Below are positions 11,001-17,353 of a stretch of 33,824 bases of DNA, piece by piece. The DNA comes from a virus. Lineage: Duplodnaviria; Caudoviricetes. The position numbers and the translations under genes were made by a program. The notes beneath the pieces are model-generated. The model ran no database searches. It worked only from the letters and a program-made list of their open reading frames with translations, and was not told the DNA's origin. The stretch covers positions 1-33,824 of IMG/VR virus record IMGVR_UViG_3300032318_000420; one strand, 5' to 3'. Positions within the stretch are counted from its first letter, which is position 1, and each line of letters opens with the position of its first letter.

Positions 11001-12670
11001 ATTTAAATATTGTTTCTACACAACCAAGTGATTTATATTTTAATACAAAAAATTCAAATACATCAGTAACTTCAGCCAATGTTGCTTTTCCAGCAAATAC
11101 ATATATATCTTTTCAACTTTTAGGTGATAGTAATAGTATTAGATTAAATGATAATTTCACTTCAAATTCAGCAATCTTTCATCGTAATGGAAATTTAAAT
11201 TTAAATAATTATATTTTATCTTGCAACACCTTTGGTTCTTCTTATATTGAAAATCGTAGTATAAGGTTTGGTAACACTGGTATAATTAAAATTACTGGTT
11301 CAAATACAACGGTTGTTGGTATGCAAACTATGACCAACTTTACCTATGAAGGTTCAGGAAATGTATTTTTATCAAACACCAATTCTGTAGGCACCAGAAC
11401 TGTTAATATGGGTAATTCAGGAGGTGGTACTGAGGAGAATTCTTTAAACTTGATAGTTGCACCAGCTAGTGACCAAGTTAGTGTAACTGGTGTTTCTAAA
11501 GATGTAATATATCAAGATGGTTTTACTGGTTCTGGAGGCATGGGTAATATTATATTTGGCAACTTGTATCTTGCAAATAATATGATTAGCACAGCAACTA
11601 CAGGATTAACTTCTCTTAGAGCCAATACAGGAATAAAAACATTAACAACAAATGGTGTAATAATCAATCGGCCATTGGCCTTTAATGGACAAGGAACATT
11701 TAAACTTGTTGATGATTTAACTATAAACAAATCACTTAATAATGCCAATTATATATTTTTACAACAAGGAAAATTAGACTTAGCATCAAAAAATTTAAGT
11801 TGCGGTATATTTCAATCATATGGTGTAGATTCAAAAACACTATCAATGAATGCTGGTACATTAATAATAAACAGTAACGCCATACCAATTGCGTCATCAC
11901 CATCAATATTTCAATTAGGAGTTCCTCCTAACAGTTTAACTTCAACATCATTTATAAATCGTGATTTTATTTTTGAAGGTTCACCAGCAAATTCTAAAAT
12001 TATTTTAGCTGCTGCAAATACGGCAGCACCATTAGTAAATTATGATGTTAATTTTGGTGGATATTATTTAAATACCAATATGGAAATTGCAACATCACAA
12101 CCGCTAGAGTTTCAATTAGCTTCGGTATTAAATAATAATGGTGGCGTTTACAGATTATACAATACTGTTAATCCGGTAACCATATCATTAAATGATAGTA
12201 TTTTTGTAGACAGATTAGAGATTGATGGTACGACAAGCAATCTAACTACCATTAATGCAACATCAATCTCAGCCAATGCTGGTTATGGATTCATTAGTAG
12301 AACTGGTCAAAAAACATACTTCAGCAATACACGCTTTGCAAATGTAACATTCTATCCAGCCAATACATGGTACGCCTACACAACTGATGGTAATATTAAT
12401 GATGGTAATGTAAACAATATTACATTTGAAGATTCTTCATATACAACGGTGGCTCGTTTGGCCAACACAGGAGAATTCTTTATACCTGAACCAACTCAAC
12501 TTGATGAAGTTAATCCACAGGTAGGTGGTAAATATGTTATGACTAAAACTGGTCAAATTGACTTCAATGAATTTGACGAAACTGGTGGTATCTCGGTGGC
12601 TGGACGATTACATTCTAATGGTACCATACAAATTCTAGGTGAATTTAATGAAATAGATGGTATAAAATAA
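8003..12670 (+). CDS. Large beta-solenoid/adhesin-like virion protein (1555 aa)
   Basis: Three YW...GxW...WxxTxGG units; G/T/N/S-rich beta-strand periodicity; C-terminal region with LDEV/FDET/FNEI motifs. Confidence 0.7.
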   Translation: MADRYWVGGSGNWSNANNWSDTSGGLPGASVPTAVDNVIFDANSSRLVLFTVTVDGTSANPSVCNNFSTGGAGGALSATTMTLSLGATAVLDCYGSMTLPATNFSFSTTSGAAIIYRATTTGKTITTNGVSFGIMALNFNGVGGSWTLGSALTTTGQLTVLAGSFNTSVSNYSVSCAAFVTQGTLTRSIDLNGSTITATATGGLNFVSITNLTFNAGTSTINCTNASPTFAGGGLTFYNVSFPTGSTATTVTITGDNTFNNLSITIGTTIKVIALGGNQTVNGTLTMIPFGTAISRFFMRSSVIGTQRTMTVAALGNTLTDIDFRDINVQGASAPWSGVRLGDCFGNANITFESANTRYWSLAAGGSWNSTGWANTSGGTPLANNFPLAQDTALIKDTGLNSGATITINSLWNIGKWDMSTRTLPMNLTFGNSDPVVYKDFLLSNVVNFTTRTGTPTLTLSSQNSTQNLQSGGGNTIIYQIVADCPNTTVKLVDDYRIEFPTLGAGLFILTRGTLDLNDRTLSCNAFSSSNSNQREIRFTGNGKIDLFASNTTIWNSGTGATLLYANGTSNVICSYDGSVGRRTITPGTPGAANTINFNVIAGSDEVILTSSDYCKTLDFTGFSGTWINSSSSRIYGNLIMSNTMTTQAGAATLNLFGVSYDQFINTNGVVIKWPVTIYDEISFNTGLPNASQFTLQNDFTLDSPYQFGLSTGNFVANNYNVSAGSFVAGSSTNLSYSNLVMGSGTWNMTGSGTVWSVGGVNRVISSNNSTINVSNTISNVSFAGDDYTYNNIIFSSANTNGFSISGNLTANNITFAPQTLDTIGRKSISVGNNTITITGTLSLSGNNSNQRSFVLSDGVTTTRIVANNIAPLQYVDFRHIQAAGNSVPWSGISLGDSGYNSNITFNAGRTIYWNKPTGGNWSDVAWSTTDGGTVDVNNFPLAQDSIVFTNTGLNSGATINTDNDYQIGNIDFSLLTNSATIDLLNSGNDLYGNVILSPNLNIVSTQPSDLYFNTKNSNTSVTSANVAFPANTYISFQLLGDSNSIRLNDNFTSNSAIFHRNGNLNLNNYILSCNTFGSSYIENRSIRFGNTGIIKITGSNTTVVGMQTMTNFTYEGSGNVFLSNTNSVGTRTVNMGNSGGGTEENSLNLIVAPASDQVSVTGVSKDVIYQDGFTGSGGMGNIIFGNLYLANNMISTATTGLTSLRANTGIKTLTTNGVIINRPLAFNGQGTFKLVDDLTINKSLNNANYIFLQQGKLDLASKNLSCGIFQSYGVDSKTLSMNAGTLIINSNAIPIASSPSIFQLGVPPNSLTSTSFINRDFIFEGSPANSKIILAAANTAAPLVNYDVNFGGYYLNTNMEIATSQPLEFQLASVLNNNGGVYRLYNTVNPVTISLNDSIFVDRLEIDGTTSNLTTINATSISANAGYGFISRTGQKTYFSNTRFANVTFYPANTWYAYTTDGNINDGNVNNITFEDSSYTTVARLANTGEFFIPEPTQLDEVNPQVGGKYVMTKTGQIDFNEFDETGGISVAGRLHSNGTIQILGEFNEIDGIK

Positions 12671-12672
12671 TG

Positions 12673-12680
12673 AATAAATA
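12673..12680 (+). promoter_or_regulatory. T4-type late promoter (AATAAATA)
   Basis: Intergenic, 22 nt upstream of ATG 12703. Confidence 0.6.
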
Positions 12681-12702
12681 CAAAGATAACATATAAAAAA
12701 CC

Positions 12703-14898
12703 ATGGCAAAACTTAAATCAAATACTCGAATCTTTGGTACGGCTAACGTAGACGGTATATTAACCGTTGGTCAAGTCACTCCAGTTGCAGCCACCAGTAA
12801 CACCTCAGGATCATTACAGGTGGTGGGTGGTTTAGGTATGACTGGTGACCTATACGCCAATAGTATTACATTGTCTGGTAACACCATCACATCCAATACA
12901 GGTAGTATACATCTTCAAGAAAACTCTGGACTTTATGGTGCTGTAAGACTATCAGTTTTAAGCGATACTGGAATTGTTGGTGCTTTGGTTGATGCCAATT
13001 CAGCCACGGTGGCCACAGCCGATTTTGGATTAAAAGCCAACAACGAACAATTCAATATTCGTTTAGAAGGTCGGCCAGGATCATTAGTAAAAGCCAATTC
13101 AGGTACCTCCGAAATTCAATTTGCTTTTAGAAATAGTGCCGGAGGTTTACCAGACAAAATCATGGTAATCGCCAACAATGGTGTATTGATAAACGCAGTT
13201 TCTTCTACATCCAATACAACTGGCGCATTGATTGTTCAAGGTGGTGTTGGTGTTTCTGGTAATGTGGTTGCAAACACTGCTAGAGTAAATTTATTAAACA
13301 TTCCTACAGAAACAAGTAATATCAGTTTATTTTATGATAATACAATAACAAGTTGGAATTATTCTGGTAAATCTTTTTCTTTAGCTGCACAAGAAACTGG
13401 ACCATCAGGAATATTTTTTAAACCTGACGGTACCAAAATGTATATCATTGGTTCTACTGGTGATGATGTCAATGAATATGATTTATCTACACCATGGGAA
13501 ATAAACACCGCCACGTTCTTACAAGTGTCAGCTGCGTTAATTGATACAGCACCAACTGATATATTCTTTAAGCCAGATGGTACCAAAATGTACCTGACTG
13601 GTACTACTAATGATACAATATATGAGTATGATTTATCAACACCATGGAATATATCCACACTTGCACTGCTCCAAAGTTTTTCTTTAGCAACACAAGATAC
13701 GGCACCACAAGGAATATTTTTTAGATCCGATGGTATTAAAATGTATATGGTTGGTTCTACCAATGATGCCGTATATGAATATGACTTATCATCCGCATGG
13801 AATATTAGCACATTAACATTCTTACAATCGTTTTCTGTTGTAAATCAAGAATCTGGACCAATAGGTATAACCTTTAATTCTACTGGTACTAAAATGTATA
13901 TCATAGGTTCCACAGGTGATGATATCAATGAATACAGATTATCAACACCATGGAACATATCAACGGCCGTATTTTATAATAACTTTTATATTGGTTTTCA
14001 AGAAACAACACCATCTGGACTTTTCATTAATGAAAGTACCAATACCGCATATGTTACTGGATCTGGTACCGATTCTGTATATCAATATGATACCAAAACA
14101 AATTCATTAGAATTAATAGCAAACAATTTCTTCATTGACGGCTCTTTATATGCAAATAGTAACTTCATTACAACTGGTTCTGCTCGTATTGATGGCACTT
14201 TATCTGCTGTTGATATAACTAGTAGTACTTTGGCTGGTGCTGTAGCAGCATCAACATTAACATCATCTTCAACAGTTACTTTAAGTTCGACAACACAAAC
14301 AATTACAATTGGTAGTGGACAAACTACAGGACCAATTTTGATTGGTGGTACAACGGCTACAGGTACAATTACTGTTGGTCAATCAAGTGGTACACAATCA
14401 GTTAATATTTCTGGTGCACCTATCGTATTGACAAAAGGACAGCTCCAATTTCCTGCCACACAAAATGCTTCAGCCAATGCAAATACATTGGATGATTATG
14501 AAGAAGGAACTTTTACTCCTACTCTAACCGGTTCTTCATCTAATCCAGTTTACACCGCATCTCTCACAGAAGGAAGGTATACAAAAATAGGGCGTTTGGT
14601 TAATTTTTCAATACTTATTATTGTAACTGGTGTAAGTTCTCAAGGCAGTGGCACCATTCAAATTAGTGGTCTGCCGTTCACTAACGCATCTAATGGTTAT
14701 GCAAATCCAGTAATAATTGGATACAATGATGTTTGGGATACGGCTTTCCCAAGTTGTTTTTTTAGTGGTGTTCATCTTGTTCCGCAACCTACAGGAGTTA
14801 CACAAGCTGCGGCTAGTTGGGGTGCAACATCATCGAGCCAATCAAATTTATCTACAGGGTATTTGTCTATATCAGGAACATACTCTACTGCAACTTAA
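12703..14898 (+). CDS. Tail fibre 3 with internal beta-propeller and DDYEEGTFTP tip (731 aa)
   Basis: MAKLKSNTRIFG start; SNTTGALIVQGGVGVSGN fibre motifs; five ~50-aa DGTKMY...EYDLSTPW repeats; tip LDDYEEGTFTP...YTKIGRLV...ISGLPF. Confidence 0.85.
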   Translation: MAKLKSNTRIFGTANVDGILTVGQVTPVAATSNTSGSLQVVGGLGMTGDLYANSITLSGNTITSNTGSIHLQENSGLYGAVRLSVLSDTGIVGALVDANSATVATADFGLKANNEQFNIRLEGRPGSLVKANSGTSEIQFAFRNSAGGLPDKIMVIANNGVLINAVSSTSNTTGALIVQGGVGVSGNVVANTARVNLLNIPTETSNISLFYDNTITSWNYSGKSFSLAAQETGPSGIFFKPDGTKMYIIGSTGDDVNEYDLSTPWEINTATFLQVSAALIDTAPTDIFFKPDGTKMYLTGTTNDTIYEYDLSTPWNISTLALLQSFSLATQDTAPQGIFFRSDGIKMYMVGSTNDAVYEYDLSSAWNISTLTFLQSFSVVNQESGPIGITFNSTGTKMYIIGSTGDDINEYRLSTPWNISTAVFYNNFYIGFQETTPSGLFINESTNTAYVTGSGTDSVYQYDTKTNSLELIANNFFIDGSLYANSNFITTGSARIDGTLSAVDITSSTLAGAVAASTLTSSSTVTLSSTTQTITIGSGQTTGPILIGGTTATGTITVGQSSGTQSVNISGAPIVLTKGQLQFPATQNASANANTLDDYEEGTFTPTLTGSSSNPVYTASLTEGRYTKIGRLVNFSILIIVTGVSSQGSGTIQISGLPFTNASNGYANPVIIGYNDVWDTAFPSCFFSGVHLVPQPTGVTQAAASWGATSSSQSNLSTGYLSISGTYSTAT
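13354..14095 (+). repeat. Five beta-propeller blade repeats (~150-nt period)
   Basis: FFKPDGTKMY, FFKPDGTKMY, FFRSDGIKMY, TFNSTGTKMY and FINESTNTAY, each followed by an EYD/EYR/QYD strand. Boundaries are approximate. Confidence 0.85.
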
Positions 14899-14922
14899 CC
14901 AATTCAAATTATTTTGATGCAC

Positions 14923-14930
14923 TCTAAATA
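14923..14930 (+). promoter_or_regulatory. T4-type late promoter variant (TCTAAATA)
   Basis: Intergenic, 29 nt upstream of ATG 14960. Confidence 0.55.
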
Positions 14931-14959
14931 CCCACGAATAAAATTATAAGAATACAAAC

Positions 14960-17017
14960 ATGCTTACACAGGTCACGCCAGACGTAATATCAACCAATAC
15001 AATCTCTAGCCTTATCTCGCTCGGATTTAATACGCTGAATGTTGCCAATCTTCAGGTGCAAACGGTGGATTCTGGCACAGGAAATACTTTGGTGTTTAGA
15101 GCCAATACAAGCACGGAGCGGATGAGGATTAGTTCTGCTGGTTTAGTGGGTATTGGTACTAGTAATCCGACAAACAAATTAGATTTGGTAACTGAATCAG
15201 CTGGTCAAGGTTCAACATTTACAACCTATACAGGAAGTTCTTCTACAGGAATTTTTTCAGCATTTAGAACAGCTCGTGGAACTTTAGCTTCACCCTCTGC
15301 TGTTCAAGTAGGTGATAGAGTTGGAATTTTAGGATTTGGTGGATACACCGGTGCAGCATTTGTTAATGGTGCAATAATTCAATCAAATATTGATACAGGA
15401 GCCGTTAGTAACACTTCTATACCAATGAATTTGTCATTTTGGACTTGTCCAAATGGTACCGTATCTAGAACAGAACGTATGCAAATCACCGCTAATGGTC
15501 AGATAGCCGCAGTATCAGCCGGCTCTGCAAGTGCTCCTATTATTAGTAAATCGGATGACCTGAACACCGGCATATTCTTCCCAGCAGCAGACACTATTGC
15601 CTTCTCAGAGGGTGGTACAGAGAGTATGCGGATTGATGCCAATGGTAACGTTGCAATTGGAACAACCACACCAGATTCAAAATTAACAATCAGTAAAAAC
15701 TCAGCGTCACCTGCAACAATTGCTGGCAGCCCATATGTCAATGTGGTTGGAGCAAATTCAGATTCTCCAAGACTTCATTTTGATGCTTATGGTACAGGTG
15801 CATTATCTTTAATCACCTTTAGAAAAGCAAATGGAACATTATCAAGCCCTTCAGTATTGAATAGTGGTGACCAAATTGGTAATATTTCTGCATGGGGTTA
15901 TGGAGCAACTGGATATTCAACAACCAATCGTGGTTATATGAGTTTTTTTGCTGATGAAGCTTGGAGTGATACTGCACAAGGCACACGAATAGTATTTGCT
16001 ACAGCTACTGCTGGTGCTGCTAGTGCTGGCGTGGAACGTATGCGGATTGATTCAAGTGGTAATGTAGGTATTGGTACAACTGCTCCTGCTGCAAAACTTC
16101 ATATTCTTGGAACTTACGGAACAACAGCCAATAGTGGACTTCGTTTAGTTGGTAGTGGAGGCACAACCGGTGATTTATCTCCTATTGCTTTCTATTTACA
16201 AAGTGGTGGATGGGGAACACAACACCAAGCAACAATAACAGCACAACAAGTTAGTGGCACGGATGGTGGCGCAAACCTTATATTCGCTACCGCTACGACC
16301 GGTCAATTTACTCCTACAGAGCGTATGCGTATCGACTCTAGTGGTAATGTTGGTATTGGTTTAACTGGCCCTACTAGAAAACTTGTAGTTAAAACAGGTG
16401 ATGGTGATGGCATTGGAATTCAAAACGGTGCTGGTACAGAATATAGATTAGCTGTAAACTTAGATAATTCTTTTTCAGTTGTTAATAGTGGTGTAGCGGA
16501 ACGATTGCGTGTAAATACTAGTGGCGCTTTAGTTCTTCAAGGTGGTTCATCTTCATCTAACGGTGTGGGTGTGGCTTTCCCAGCAACCCAATCTGCTTCA
16601 TCTGATGCAAACACACTAGATGATTATGAAGAAGGTACTTGGACACCTACTGTTTCAGCATCTTCTTCTGCACCATCAAGTGTTACTTATAATATAAGAA
16701 CTGGAAAATATACAAAAATAGGTAATGTAGTTTATGTTTCGTTTAGGATAAATTTTAGCTTTAGTGGTGGTAGTGGAAACGCTTTGGTTACAGGATTGCC
16801 ATTTACTTCATCAAACAACAATCAACCAAAAGGCCCTGTGCAACAAGATAATATTAATTATACAGGATACACCTATCTTGAAATGGGAGCAGATTCAGGC
16901 GTAGCGTATATGAGTCTTGGAAAAAACAGGTCTGGGGCAACTGCGGCTGGAGTTCAACTTTCAGATATGAATACAGGTGGTACGGATATAAACGGTGGAT
17001 TTTTTTACTTTGTTTAA
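14960..17017 (+). CDS. Tail fibre 4 with DDYEEGTWTP tip (685 aa)
   Basis: About six ERMRI-type motifs; two RxAxGTLxSPS modules; tip LDDYEEGTWTP...YTKIGNVV...VTGLPF. Confidence 0.85.
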   Translation: MLTQVTPDVISTNTISSLISLGFNTLNVANLQVQTVDSGTGNTLVFRANTSTERMRISSAGLVGIGTSNPTNKLDLVTESAGQGSTFTTYTGSSSTGIFSAFRTARGTLASPSAVQVGDRVGILGFGGYTGAAFVNGAIIQSNIDTGAVSNTSIPMNLSFWTCPNGTVSRTERMQITANGQIAAVSAGSASAPIISKSDDLNTGIFFPAADTIAFSEGGTESMRIDANGNVAIGTTTPDSKLTISKNSASPATIAGSPYVNVVGANSDSPRLHFDAYGTGALSLITFRKANGTLSSPSVLNSGDQIGNISAWGYGATGYSTTNRGYMSFFADEAWSDTAQGTRIVFATATAGAASAGVERMRIDSSGNVGIGTTAPAAKLHILGTYGTTANSGLRLVGSGGTTGDLSPIAFYLQSGGWGTQHQATITAQQVSGTDGGANLIFATATTGQFTPTERMRIDSSGNVGIGLTGPTRKLVVKTGDGDGIGIQNGAGTEYRLAVNLDNSFSVVNSGVAERLRVNTSGALVLQGGSSSSNGVGVAFPATQSASSDANTLDDYEEGTWTPTVSASSSAPSSVTYNIRTGKYTKIGNVVYVSFRINFSFSGGSGNALVTGLPFTSSNNNQPKGPVQQDNINYTGYTYLEMGADSGVAYMSLGKNRSGATAAGVQLSDMNTGGTDINGGFFYFV

Positions 17018-17020
17018 TTA

Positions 17021-17044
17021 ACTAACCCGGATTAGGTTAGTCGG
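17021..17044 (+). other. Intergenic RNA hairpin between fibre 4 and its partner gene
   Basis: ACTAACC-cggatta-GGTTAGT is a perfect 7-bp stem, followed by cggacac, T6 and the SD. Confidence 0.45.
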
Positions 17045-17069
17045 ACACTTTTTTAAAAGGAGATTTAAA

Positions 17070-17321
17070 ATGGCATTATCAAAAACCGTAACAATTGACC
17101 AGATTACAGTAACAGAGAATGGTATCGTGTTATACCGTGAAGCAACTCGCATCATGGAAGATGGTCAACAATTATCACAGACATACCATAGGACGAGCCT
17201 AAACCCAGGCCAAGACCTCACAGGCCAACCAGAGAAAGTTGTGGCTATCTGTGAAGCTGCATGGACATCAGAAGTGATTGAGGCCTATGAGGCACAACAA
17301 GCGGCCAACCAGCCAACCTAA
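17070..17321 (+). CDS. Putative fibre chaperone/partner (83 aa)
   Basis: Strong AAGGAG SD; IDQITVTENG...REATRIMEDG...YHR...ICEAAWT; follows the DDYEEG-tip fibres. Confidence 0.7.
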   Translation: MALSKTVTIDQITVTENGIVLYREATRIMEDGQQLSQTYHRTSLNPGQDLTGQPEKVVAICEAAWTSEVIEAYEAQQAANQPT

Positions 17322-17324
17322 ATA
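17317..17324 (+). promoter_or_regulatory. T4-type late promoter variant (CCTAAATA) overlapping the stop codon
   Basis: 29 nt upstream of TTG 17354; the same octamer precedes gp13. Confidence 0.55.
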
Positions 17325-17353
17325 GTAGTATCAATAACAACTAGGATAGAATC

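Noticed and set aside
14440-17017. Diversity-generating retroelement suggested by similar fibre C-termini
   Set aside because: Differences between the copies are not adenine-specific, both copies are coding, and no reverse transcriptase is in the window. A remote template cannot be excluded from this window alone.
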